From an uncultured Gemmatimonadales bacterium (lineage in GTDB: Bacteria; Gemmatimonadota; Gemmatimonadetes; Gemmatimonadales; GWC2-71-9): 64,000 bases of DNA. Location of the stretch: contig CAWCVB010000002.1 in the NCBI GenBank assembly GCA_963798915.1, positions 720,223 to 784,222 on the forward strand. Direction: 5' to 3'. A model generated the notes under the pieces. It was not told the origin of the DNA, ran no database searches, and saw only the letters and a list, made by a program, of their open reading frames with translations. How positions within the stretch are numbered: the first letter of the stretch is position 1; the number at the start of each line of letters is the position of its first letter. This document shows, piece after piece, positions 46,651 through 55,913 of the stretch. A program made the position numbers and the translations under genes.

Positions 46651-46962
46651 AAGAGTCGCGGTCAAAGGCACGGTGCGACACTTCGTCGTTTCCCAGAGGA
46701 TGAACTGCCGGACATTGGCGGGCCTTCAGATCAAACCGGGCCTCTCCCGAGCGGAGCGATGGAAGCGGCGATCGCTGCAACAACGCCCCCGCCACCGACC
46801 TCTTTAGGGCCTCGTGCGGGTTGCCTTCCCGGGCGTCACGATCCATGTTCTACCAGCGAGGGGTGGGCCCCCATCCCTCACTTCCCTGTTCACGAGAGTT
46901 CGCCGCGCGACCCGACACGGCACTCTGCCCAGGTGGAGGATCACTCCCACGCCTCCGAGTTC

Positions 46963-47523
46963 ATGCGTCCCCCCACGCACGACCTGATTCCATCCAGCGA
47001 GCTCCTGACCGGGCGGCGGGACAGTCTGGACCGTCTCATGCCCGCGGTCTATGACGAGCTCCGGGCCATCGCTCGGCGGCAGCTCGCCAGGCGCGGCGAG
47101 GATGGGATGCTGTCCACGACCGGCCTGGTGCACGAGGCCTACCTCAAGCTGGTCGACCAATCACGCGTTGCCTGGCGGGATCGCTCCCATTTCTTCGCGC
47201 TGGCCTCGGTGGCGATGCGGCATGTCCTGGTGGATCGCGCCCGTGCCCGGCTGGCCCAGAAACGGGAGGGAGGGCTGCACCGCATCACCCTCGACAGCGA
47301 ACTCATCGCGGCGCCGGACCAGCCGGACGCGTTACTGCAGTTGAGCGACGCGATCGAAGGGCTCGCTCATGTCGAACCCCGGCTGGCCCGGGTGGTGGAC
47401 TGCCGGTTCTTCGGGGGAATGAGTGACACCGAGATCGCCGAGGCGCTCGAGGTCACCCCGCGCACGGTGCAACGGGATTGGGTCAAGGCGCGCATGCTGC
47501 TTCGCCGGGCGCTGGCGTCGTGA
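46963..47523 (+). CDS. ECF-type sigma factor (TIGR02999/ECF43-like, kinase-associated)
   Basis: LMPAVYDELRAIAR, TTGLVHEAYLKL, HFFALASVAMRHVLVD, RFFGGM, TVQRDWVKAR. Confidence 0.92.
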   Translation: MRPPTHDLIPSSELLTGRRDSLDRLMPAVYDELRAIARRQLARRGEDGMLSTTGLVHEAYLKLVDQSRVAWRDRSHFFALASVAMRHVLVDRARARLAQKREGGLHRITLDSELIAAPDQPDALLQLSDAIEGLAHVEPRLARVVDCRFFGGMSDTEIAEALEVTPRTVQRDWVKARMLLRRALAS

Positions 47524-50111
47524 CGACGCCCGGCTCGGACCCATCCGGCGGGAGCGATCCGATGCTCCCACCCGACTGGGCGGAGCTGGCGCCGCTGCTC
47601 GACGCCGTGCTGGATGCGGCGCCGGAGGAGCGGGCGGCGCTCATCACCCAGCTCTCCCAGGGGGACCGGGCCCGCGAGGAAATGCTCGCTCGCCTCGTGG
47701 CCGACTGTGAGCGCGACACGCCGCTGCTTGATGGAGTGGCCGCGGAGCGATTCGATACCCTCGCCTCGGAAGCCGCGACGCCACTGCTACCTGAGATGAT
47801 CGGCGACCGGTACCGTACCGGGCGGGAGCTGGGGTCCGGCGGCATGGCGCGGGTCTATCTCGCGCGAGACCTGAAGCACGGACGCGACGTCGCGATCAAG
47901 GTGATTCGGTCCGAGCTTTCCGCTTCGATGGGCCATGATCGCTTTCTCCGGGAAATCGAGATCGCGGCCCGGCTCCGTCACCCGAACATCGTGCCGCTCT
48001 ACGATTCGGGCGAGATCGACGGCTCGCTCTACTTCGTCATGCCCTATGAAGAAGGTCCGTCCCTCCGCCAGCGGCTGGAGGCGGAGCCCCTGTCGGTACC
48101 TGATGCGCTGAACGTGCTGCGGGACGTGGCCCGCGCCCTGGCCTATGCCCACGAGCACGGGGTGGTGCACCGCGACGTCAAGCCGGATAACGTGATGCTG
48201 TCCGGCGGAGCCGCCGTGGTGACCGACTTCGGGATCGCCAAGGCGCTGAGCGCCGCGCTGACGGATCCCGTGGACACCACGCTCACGCAGGCTGGATCGG
48301 GCATCGGCACACCCGCCTACATGGCGCCGGAGCAGGCCACCGGCGATCCGTCGACCGACCACCGTGCCGACCTGTACTCGTTCGGTTGCCTCGCCTATGC
48401 GGTCTTCACCGGCCGTCCTCCATTCGAGGATCGGTCGTTGCACCTGGTCATCGCCGCGCATCTCTCGAGGGCGCCGAGGCGGGTGAACGAGTTCCGGGCC
48501 GACGTCCCTCCCGCCGTGGCCGAGCTGATTGCGCACTGCCTGCAAAAGGCCCCCGACGACCGGCCGCAGAGTGCCCGCGAAGTGCTGTCTGCGCTCGAGT
48601 CCGCGGCGACAACGGGGCTTCCCGGGGCGGCACCGACTGACGCGCCGGCAGCGCGCCGGAGCCGACCGCTCGTGTGGGCGGGCCTGGCGCTCATCCTGCT
48701 TCTTGGTGCGCTCGCGTATGTCACGTCTCACAAGTCCCACACTCCAGCGCCCATATCCCTCGCCGTCCTCCCCTTCGGGAACATGAGCGCGGACAGTGCG
48801 ATGACGTATGTGGCCGAGGGTCTGGCCGACGAACTGGCCGCAGCGCTGGCACGGGTGCCGGGTATCCAGGTGAAGAGCCGGAGCGGAGCCCGGGCCTATC
48901 GGGGTCAGCTGGGTCCGGACGTGACGGAGGCAGGCGCCCGGCTCGATGCCGACTACCTCATCACCGGTGCGGTGCGCGAGGACAGGGGGCACTGGATTCT
49001 GTCGGCGGAGCTGACCCGTGCCGTCGACAAGGCCAGCCTGTGGGGGGATAAGTTCAACTTGGGTGCGGAGCAGCAGGCGGCGGCCGCCGATTCCATCGCG
49101 AACCGGGTGGTCGCAGGAATGCAGGGCCTCTTTCCCCGGGCCATCGGGCGTGCGCCGGCACTGGCCTCGAACCAGCGGACGTCGAACTCGGAAGCGTACC
49201 GGCTCTACCTGCGCGGGCAGGAGAAGCTCGATCGTCGGGGCCGAAGCGTGAAGGAAAGCGCCGAGCTGTTCCGGCAGGCCATTCATCAGGACACGACGTT
49301 TGCCCGCGCGTACTCCGGCTTGAGCATGTCCCTCGCCCTGTTTCCATACTTTCAGGCGGTTCCGCCCCGGGACGTGAACGACGAGGTGATTACCGCGGCC
49401 CGGCGGGCCCTGGCGCTCGACTCCACGCTGGCCCAGCCATACGTGGCCTTGGCGCTGGTGGACCAGTACAACTATCAGTGGGACCGTGCGCTGGCCGATC
49501 TCCAGACAGCGGTCCGCCTGGATGGCCGGAACGTCGAGGCCCGGGTACAACTGGCACGGTGCCTGCTTTCACTCGGGCGGAACACTGATGCGGCAAGCCA
49601 GCTTCGCGCCGCGCGTGCCGTGGATCCCGCCTCGGCGCTGGTGCTGAGCTGGATGGCCTATACCTATTTCCTGCTGGGCAAGGTGGACAGCGCGCTACTC
49701 GAGAGCAGTCGTGCGCTGGAGAACGATTCCACCAATCTCAGCGCCAGCGGACTTCGGGTGCGTGTGCTCATTGGCGCGAACCGTTTTGCGGAGGCGCGCA
49801 AGTATCTGGATCGGGTGCCTCGCTGGGACAAGCTCCATCTGCTCGCGCGACTCGGGAACCCGGACGAGGCACGCCAGGGTCTTCAGGAGCTCGAGGCCCA
49901 GTCGCCGGAGCCGTGGCTCGCCAATTCCATTCGGGCGCTCGGATATCTTGGCCTGCGGGACACCGCCCAGGCGCTCACCGCGCTGGAACGCGCAACGGAC
50001 GAGGGTGAACTGTGGCCCAGCCTCTGGGGGCTGACCGACCCGTTCTACGACCCCATCCGCGGGAGCGCCCGATTCCGGGCGCTCGAGCGCAAAGTCGGGC
50101 TGGGTCCCTAG
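47520..50111 (+). CDS. Ser/Thr protein kinase with TM, TolB-N-like and TPR domains
   Basis: LGSGGMARVY, VAIKV, HRDVKPDN, DFG, GTPAYMAPE; SLAVLPF.N; EAYRLYLRG; TPRs; GTGA overlap with the ECF gene. Confidence 0.95.
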   Translation: MTTPGSDPSGGSDPMLPPDWAELAPLLDAVLDAAPEERAALITQLSQGDRAREEMLARLVADCERDTPLLDGVAAERFDTLASEAATPLLPEMIGDRYRTGRELGSGGMARVYLARDLKHGRDVAIKVIRSELSASMGHDRFLREIEIAARLRHPNIVPLYDSGEIDGSLYFVMPYEEGPSLRQRLEAEPLSVPDALNVLRDVARALAYAHEHGVVHRDVKPDNVMLSGGAAVVTDFGIAKALSAALTDPVDTTLTQAGSGIGTPAYMAPEQATGDPSTDHRADLYSFGCLAYAVFTGRPPFEDRSLHLVIAAHLSRAPRRVNEFRADVPPAVAELIAHCLQKAPDDRPQSAREVLSALESAATTGLPGAAPTDAPAARRSRPLVWAGLALILLLGALAYVTSHKSHTPAPISLAVLPFGNMSADSAMTYVAEGLADELAAALARVPGIQVKSRSGARAYRGQLGPDVTEAGARLDADYLITGAVREDRGHWILSAELTRAVDKASLWGDKFNLGAEQQAAAADSIANRVVAGMQGLFPRAIGRAPALASNQRTSNSEAYRLYLRGQEKLDRRGRSVKESAELFRQAIHQDTTFARAYSGLSMSLALFPYFQAVPPRDVNDEVITAARRALALDSTLAQPYVALALVDQYNYQWDRALADLQTAVRLDGRNVEARVQLARCLLSLGRNTDAASQLRAARAVDPASALVLSWMAYTYFLLGKVDSALLESSRALENDSTNLSASGLRVRVLIGANRFAEARKYLDRVPRWDKLHLLARLGNPDEARQGLQELEAQSPEPWLANSIRALGYLGLRDTAQALTALERATDEGELWPSLWGLTDPFYDPIRGSARFRALERKVGLGP

Positions 50112-50120
50112 GTTGTCCCG

Positions 50121-50637
50121 CTACTTCGTCGGCACAATCGCCGCAAGTCCGCTGGCCAGGTCAGCTGCCGAGATCTGGCCCGTATGAACGTTCCGGATGA
50201 TCCCCGCGCTGTCGATGAATACCGTGGTCGGAAGTCCCATCAGCCGATAGCTTCGCCGTGAGCGGCCCCGCGAGTCCAGCGCCACCGTGAAGTCCACGGA
50301 ATACTTCTGGACGAACTCCTTCACGTCGCCGATGTTGAGTTCCTGGTCGCGCTGGTTCACGGCGACGATTTCCAGCCCTTCCGCATGATGTTTCCGGTAT
50401 GCCGCGACCAGCTCGGGAAATTCCTCCCGGCAGGGCGGGCACCAGGTTCCCCAGAAGGACAGGACCACGGGGTGTCCACGGAGCAGCGAGAGCCTGACCT
50501 GCCCGCCTTGGAGCGTCGGGAGGTCGATTTCGGGGGCCGGGCGGCCTGGGGCGATCTGCTGGGCGGCAACCGGCGGCGTAGCGAGCGCGGGGGCCAGCAG
50601 CGCCAGCAGTCCACGAGGCCACGGATCTGGTCGCCAT
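50121..50637 (-). CDS. TlpA-family thiol-disulfide oxidoreductase, frameshift within the signal peptide (about 50615)
   Basis: PAPEIDLPTL.G...VVLSFWGTWCPPC; GLPTTVFIDSAG; ATG 50637 (TGATG overlap) is out of frame with the body. Confidence 0.85.
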
Positions 50638-51701
50638 CAGATGCCGTGGACCCAGCTGGCGTAGATCACGAAGTCGCTGACGCCGCCGGCGCCGGGACGC
50701 ACCGTCCCGTCGCTCAAGGTCATGCTCAGATAGTTATGGTGGACCCGCACCGGCACGTTCAGGTTGAACTGGTCTCGTCCCACCTGATACGACAGCCCCG
50801 GGTCGAGATACATGGTGTAGCCCGCATGACGGTAGTAGTCCGTTTTCCCGCCGATCAGGTCCTGCCTGGCGGTCCCGTCGATCCGCCCGCCCAGGCTGAT
50901 CGAGAACGCGGGATCGCGCTTCACCTGGTAGCTGAGGCCGAGCCGCCCGGTATAGACGTCGGGCACCGCCCACTCGATGTTCGCTGGTGGCCAGACCACG
51001 TCGGTATGCTTGGTCAGGCTGACCGAGTAGAAACCCGAGAGGTACACCGAGGCGCGACTGGCGACCTGCCGGAACGCCTGGGCCTGGAGCAGCACCGCCC
51101 AGCCGCCGTCGCCCAGCTGCACCGTCTGCGGTACCGGTTGCTGGATGACGGCTCCCGGGACGCCGAAATCTCCCATGACGTGATTGCTGCCGGTCGGCGC
51201 CTTGAGGCCCAATCCGACGATGGCATTGCCCCGGGGATGGAGTCCGGGAGTGCCGAGCCAGTAGTTGCCCATCAGGTTGATGTCGCCCACACCCTTGCTG
51301 TCGACCTTGTAGCGGTTGGCGTCCGGATTGATGCTGCTGGCGGTACTGTACGAGAGCGGCACCACAAGGGTGAAGCTCATCCGATCGCTGGTGGCATAAC
51401 CGAGACTCAGGTCCAGCGAGTTGAGGCGCAGGTAGAGCGGCTGGCCCCCCGGGGCCTGGGTTTCGTCTTCCTGGCTGCCCACGAAGAAGCGATGGGTCGC
51501 CACGCGCCGGGCCGCCACGCCGAATTGCCAGGCGTGCGCCTCGAGGTAGGGCACATGTTCGCCACCCAGACTGGGGGAGGTGAATCGCAGGGGCATGCAG
51601 CCCTGGCCCGCGGCCACCCCGGGCGCCGCCACAAGCCCAAGGAACAGGCCAAGACCTGCCGACAGTCGCCGCATTCTCGCTGTCAAGTAGCTCCGCCGCA
51701 T
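50637..51701 (-). CDS. Outer-membrane beta-barrel protein (SphA/MetA-pathway 'transporter'-like)
   Basis: AAGGAG RBS; signal peptide ending AQGC; GVGDI, GLGLKAPTG, QLGDGG motifs; amphipathic strands. Confidence 0.7.
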   Translation of the reverse strand: MRRSYLTARMRRLSAGLGLFLGLVAAPGVAAGQGCMPLRFTSPSLGGEHVPYLEAHAWQFGVAARRVATHRFFVGSQEDETQAPGGQPLYLRLNSLDLSLGYATSDRMSFTLVVPLSYSTASSINPDANRYKVDSKGVGDINLMGNYWLGTPGLHPRGNAIVGLGLKAPTGSNHVMGDFGVPGAVIQQPVPQTVQLGDGGWAVLLQAQAFRQVASRASVYLSGFYSVSLTKHTDVVWPPANIEWAVPDVYTGRLGLSYQVKRDPAFSISLGGRIDGTARQDLIGGKTDYYRHAGYTMYLDPGLSYQVGRDQFNLNVPVRVHHNYLSMTLSDGTVRPGAGGVSDFVIYASWVHGI

Positions 51702-51868
51702 CACTGGCTCCTTTGGGATGGTGGATTGGGAGCCCGGCAATCGCAGCGACGCTCGGCCTCCCGCACAATACCACGAGATTCGGGCGGGAATTGCGACATG
51801 TGGTGCAGCGTGGCCGGCCGTGCGATAGTTCTGCAGCATGACAGGCATGTCTCCCGCACGGAGGTACC

Positions 51869-52135
51869 ATGCGACTACAGGTAAGGGCGCTTGCCATTGC
51901 GCTTGCGGTGGCCTGGGGCGGATTGGTGTTCCTGGCCGGCCTGGCTCACCTTGTCTGGCCAGGGTACGGTGCCGCATTCTGGCAACTGGTGGTCTCGATC
52001 TATCCCGGCCTCGGCGCCGCCGGCCTCACTGCCGTCCTGGTCGAAACGGTGTACGCCGTTCTTGATGGCGCATTCTGCGGGGCGCTGATCGCGTGGATCT
52101 ACAACGCCTCGAGCAGGCAGCCGCCGGCTTCGTAA
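51869..52135 (+). CDS. Small membrane protein (DUF5676-like)
   Basis: GGAGG RBS; hydrophobic; SIYPG...DGAFCGALIAWIYN. Confidence 0.7.
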   Translation: MRLQVRALAIALAVAWGGLVFLAGLAHLVWPGYGAAFWQLVVSIYPGLGAAGLTAVLVETVYAVLDGAFCGALIAWIYNASSRQPPAS

Positions 52136-52276
52136 GCTCCCGCTCCTGCCCTGGTGAGCAGGGGCCAATCACCAGCGTCCTGCGCGGCCGAACTGGCGCG
52201 ATCGGTCCCCGGTGATAGCTTCGTAATCGGCTAGCCCCGCTTCATTGGCCGTCCAGGACTCTCCCCGGGAGGCAGC

Positions 52277-52816
52277 ATGCACCGTGCACTGCTCCTGCTC
52301 GTGGTGCTCGCCGCGACTGCGCCTCAGCTGGCGGCGCAGGGGAGCATCGCAGACCTCCAGCTCGCCTCTCGGGTCCGTGTCTTCGAAGCCGGCTCGAAGT
52401 TACCCACCGTGGGCATGCTGACACACCTGGATGACGGCTCGATTGGCGTGAGCAATGCGAACGGCGAGCAGGTGATCGCTCGTTCAACCCTTGCCCGGCT
52501 GGAGGTGAGCCGAGGCGTGCATTCCAATGCCGGCAGGGGGGCGGTATGGGGCGGCATCATTGGTGGTGGCGCCTTCCTGGCTCTCGGCATCGCCGCGTAT
52601 GCCGATAGCAGGAACTCCTGGTTCGAGTTCGGCGCGGAGTGGATTCCAGTGGCGGCTGCCGCCGGGGCGGTCCTGGGCGCAGGAGTGGGCGGGAGTATTG
52701 GTGCGCTCTCGCACTCCGAGCGATGGCAACGGGTGGATATGGACCCGCGTCCTCTTTCGCTCTTCCTGGCCCCCAGCCGGCATCGAGTGATCGCGGGACT
52801 GGCGGCGCGCTTCTGA
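52277..52816 (+). CDS. Secreted hypothetical protein with glycine-zipper segments
   Basis: GGAGG RBS; signal peptide AAQ; RLEVSRG...GAVWGGIIGGG...GAGVGGSIGA...ERWQRV. Confidence 0.75.
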   Translation: MHRALLLLVVLAATAPQLAAQGSIADLQLASRVRVFEAGSKLPTVGMLTHLDDGSIGVSNANGEQVIARSTLARLEVSRGVHSNAGRGAVWGGIIGGGAFLALGIAAYADSRNSWFEFGAEWIPVAAAAGAVLGAGVGGSIGALSHSERWQRVDMDPRPLSLFLAPSRHRVIAGLAARF

Positions 52817-52985
52817 GCGGAAGAGTTCAGCATCCAGGGTTGAGAGGTCAGCGTCGTCGGTCCGCGCTGTGGCAGCCCCGGCATGCTGGCTCTTCGCCCT
52901 CGACGCCACGGCCGAGTTACGATCTTTCGTTGAATCTTTCGATCCCAGTCGTACGGCGCCATCATCCCCTGCCGGGGAGGCCCCC

Positions 52986-53102
52986 GTGTACCGGACTGCG
53001 GTTCTCGGCCTCGCCTGTTTGCAGGTTGCCAGTGCACTCAGCGCCCAGGACAGTCTCCCCGTCCCGCGCCTTCTCCTTGACGTCCCCATGCCCGGGCCGT
53101 AG
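52986..53102 (+). pseudogene. Truncated 5' end of a secreted protein (YncE/YVTN-like N-terminus)
   Basis: GGGGAGG RBS, GTG, signal peptide MYRTAVLGLACLQVASALSAQ, then LLLDVPMPGP-stop. Confidence 0.4.
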
Positions 53103-53176
53103 GTTGGCCCGGTCTCTCCCATACAACAGAAGTTGTGGTGACGTCTCCCCGGGCCACTGGTCATCGGAGGTAGGCA

Positions 53177-54319
53177 ATGCGGTTGTCGTACTGGATCTCG
53201 GTTGCGCTTACGCTGGCCCCCGCCGCGACGTCCGCCCAGGCGGCCGCTGCAGGTCAGGTGCGGACCTATTACATCGCCGCCGACGAGGTGGCCTGGAACT
53301 ACGCGCCGCAAGGCACGAACGTGATCGCCGGGCGGCCGTTTGCCGGCATCGAGAATCTCTGGACTCAGCGTGGCCCGACCCAGATCGGCAGCACCTACAA
53401 GAAGGCGCTCTACCGCGAGTACACTGACAGCACTTTCCGCACGCTCAAGCCCCGGCCGGCCGACCAGCAATACCTTGGCCTGCTGGGTCCCGTCATTCGC
53501 GCCGAAGTCGGCGACACCATCAAGGTGGTCTTCCGCAACAACGCCACCCATCCCTACAGCGTCCATCCGCACGGCGTCATCTACGCCAAGAGCTCGGAGG
53601 GGTCGCCCTACAGCGATGGCACGGGCGGGACTGACAAGGCCGATGATGGCGTGATGCCCGGCGCCACTTATACCTATGTCTGGCCAGTGACGGAACGTGC
53701 CGGCCCCGTTCCAGGCGAGGGCAGCTCCGCCCTCTGGATGTACCACTCGCATGTGGACGAGGGGAAGGACGTGAACGGCGGGTTGATCGGGCCGCTCATC
53801 GTCACCGCACGGGGCATGGCGCGACTCGATGGCTCACCCAAGGATGTTGATCAGGAGATCGTCACGACCTTCGCCGAGCTGGACGAAAATCTCAGCTGGT
53901 ACATCGACGACAACATCCAGCAGTACGCCATGGAGCCTGCCAAGGTGCAGAAGCCCCAAGGCCCGACCTTCATCGATCCCTTTGGCATCACCAACCTCAA
54001 GGAGTCGATCAACGGGTTCATCTACGGCAACGGCCCCATGCCGGCCATGCACGTTGGCGACCGGGTGCGCTGGTACGTCATGTCCACCACCAATTTCGAG
54101 CTGCATGCACCGCACTGGCACGGCAACGTGGTGACGGCCCAGCACATGAAGACTGACGTCCTGAACCTGGGCACGATGGGCATGATCATCGCCGACATGG
54201 TGCCTGATAATCCGGGCATCTGGCTCTTCCACTGCCACATCGAGCCGCACAACACCGGCGGTATGCTGATGCGGTTCGAGGTGACGCCCGCCCTGGCCGT
54301 GGGACGCGCAGGGAGCTGA
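53177..54319 (+). CDS. Secreted two-domain multicopper oxidase, ceruloplasmin/hephaestin-like
   Basis: RTYYIAADEVAWNYAP, GLLGPVIRAEVGD, SVHPHG, WMYHSH, HAPHWHG, WLFHCHIEPHNTGGM. Confidence 0.92.
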   Translation: MRLSYWISVALTLAPAATSAQAAAAGQVRTYYIAADEVAWNYAPQGTNVIAGRPFAGIENLWTQRGPTQIGSTYKKALYREYTDSTFRTLKPRPADQQYLGLLGPVIRAEVGDTIKVVFRNNATHPYSVHPHGVIYAKSSEGSPYSDGTGGTDKADDGVMPGATYTYVWPVTERAGPVPGEGSSALWMYHSHVDEGKDVNGGLIGPLIVTARGMARLDGSPKDVDQEIVTTFAELDENLSWYIDDNIQQYAMEPAKVQKPQGPTFIDPFGITNLKESINGFIYGNGPMPAMHVGDRVRWYVMSTTNFELHAPHWHGNVVTAQHMKTDVLNLGTMGMIIADMVPDNPGIWLFHCHIEPHNTGGMLMRFEVTPALAVGRAGS

Positions 54320-54478
54320 ACGGGTCAACGGTCAACGGTCGACGGTCGACGGTCAACAGTCGACGGTCAACGGTCAACGGTCGACGGTCAACAGTCGACG
54401 GTCGACGGTCAACGGTCAACGGTCGAGCATCTTCCATTCGTCATTCCCGCGAACTTCCCGCTTTCGCGGGGGTGACGA
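54320..54478. repeat. 15-unit heptamer array plus REP-like hairpin
   Basis: (A/G)ACGGTC units 54320-54424 starting at the stop codon; TCGTCATTCCCGCGAA...TTCGCGGGGGTGACGA at 54438-54478. Confidence 0.93.
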
Positions 54479-54506
54479 TTGTGCGAGCTTCGGCCCGCCC
54501 ATCCTT

Positions 54507-55781
54507 CTAGAACCGCTCCCCGAACCGCTCCCGCGCCGCCCGTTCAAGAGCCGCCCGGTGGTCAGGATGGGCAATGCCGATCAGGGCCCGCGCCCGTTCA
54601 CGGAGGGTCTGGCCGTACAGATTGGCGACGCCATGCTCGGTCACCACGTAGTGCACGTGGGCCCGGGTGGTGACAACCCCGGCACCCGGTTTAATCATCG
54701 GCACCAGGCGTGACTGGCCCGTTCGCGTAGTGCTGGGCAGCGCGATGACAGGCTTGCCGCCCGGCGAGAGGGCGGCGCCGCGGATGAAATCCATCTGGCC
54801 ACCGACGCCGGAGTAGAGCCGGGTGCCGATCGAGTCGGCCACCACCTGGCCGGTCAGGTCAATCTCGATGGCGCTGTTGATGGCGGTAACCTTGGGATTC
54901 CGCCGGATTACCGCGGTGTCATTGACGTAGTCTGCAGCCAGCATCGCGACCAGCGGGTTATCATCCACGAAGTCATAGAGGCGGCGGGTGCCGAGCAGGA
55001 AGCTGGCGACCAGCTTGCCGGGATGCACCCGCTTCCGCTCACCGTTGACCACGCCCCGTTCCACCAGGTCCAGCACGCCATCGGAGAACATCTCGGTGTG
55101 AATGCCGAGATCGGCATGTGTCGTCAAGGCCGCCAGCACGGCGTCCGGTATCGAACCGATGCCCATCTGCAGCGTGGCACCATTCTCCACCAGCCCGGCC
55201 ACGTTGCGTCCGATCGCGCGTTCGATCGCGCCCAGTATGGGCCGGGCGTGTTCGGCGATGGGATAATCCACCTGCACCGCGAGGTCGATGTCGTTGACGT
55301 GGACCAGGCTGTCACCATGCGTGCGCGGCATCCGGGGATTGATCTCCGCCACGACCGACCGAGCCACATGTACCGCGGCTCGGGTCACATCCACCGACGT
55401 GCCCAGCGTGCAGAAGCCATGCCGATCGGGCGGCGACACCTGGATCAGGGCGACATCGAGCGGGAGGATCCCCCGGCGGAACAGCGCCGGCACCTCGCTC
55501 AGGAAGATCGGCAGATAGTCGGCCTCGCCCGAGGCGATGGCGTCGCGCACGTTGGCACCGACAAAGAGCGAGCGCGTGTGGAAGCTCTCCCGCAGCTCCG
55601 GTGCCGCGTAGGGCGCCGGCCCTTCGGTGTGCAGGTGGACCAGCTCCACGCGACGAAGCTCCGGTGCGCGCGCCGTCAGCGCGGCGATGAGTCGCTGCGG
55701 TGCGGCGGCCACCGAATGGATGAACACCCGGTGGTCGGAGTGAATGACGGCGACGGCTTCTTCGGCGGTGACGAGCTTCAT
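54507..55781 (-). CDS. Acetyl-CoA hydrolase/4-hydroxybutyrate CoA-transferase
   Basis: VSPPDRHGFCTLG, TLQMGIGSIP, GIHTEMFSDG, SGVGGQMDF, VVTEHGVA. Confidence 0.95.
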   Translation of the reverse strand: MKLVTAEEAVAVIHSDHRVFIHSVAAAPQRLIAALTARAPELRRVELVHLHTEGPAPYAAPELRESFHTRSLFVGANVRDAIASGEADYLPIFLSEVPALFRRGILPLDVALIQVSPPDRHGFCTLGTSVDVTRAAVHVARSVVAEINPRMPRTHGDSLVHVNDIDLAVQVDYPIAEHARPILGAIERAIGRNVAGLVENGATLQMGIGSIPDAVLAALTTHADLGIHTEMFSDGVLDLVERGVVNGERKRVHPGKLVASFLLGTRRLYDFVDDNPLVAMLAADYVNDTAVIRRNPKVTAINSAIEIDLTGQVVADSIGTRLYSGVGGQMDFIRGAALSPGGKPVIALPSTTRTGQSRLVPMIKPGAGVVTTRAHVHYVVTEHGVANLYGQTLRERARALIGIAHPDHRAALERAARERFGERF

Positions 55782-55913
55782 GGCGGATCCTGTTGGAGTG
55801 AACCCAAGTTACCACCGGCGGATCGAAATTCCCTTGTATTGTTCCTGCGTTGGCGCTCGCACACTTTCAGCTTCTGGCCCACATCGCGACTTCGGCGGAA
55901 AGGAGAGACCAGA

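Noticed and set aside
52820..53090. tmRNA or other structured RNA on the minus strand (starts GGGGACGTCAAGG)
   Set aside because: No matching acceptor stem, T-loop or tag reading frame found
55023..55913. Long N-terminal extensions in the ORF track (GH15 from 55023, mlaE from 37951, mutY from 39483, crcB from 28959)
   Set aside because: They overlap opposite-strand genes; family alignment and RBS or -10 signals place the starts downstream
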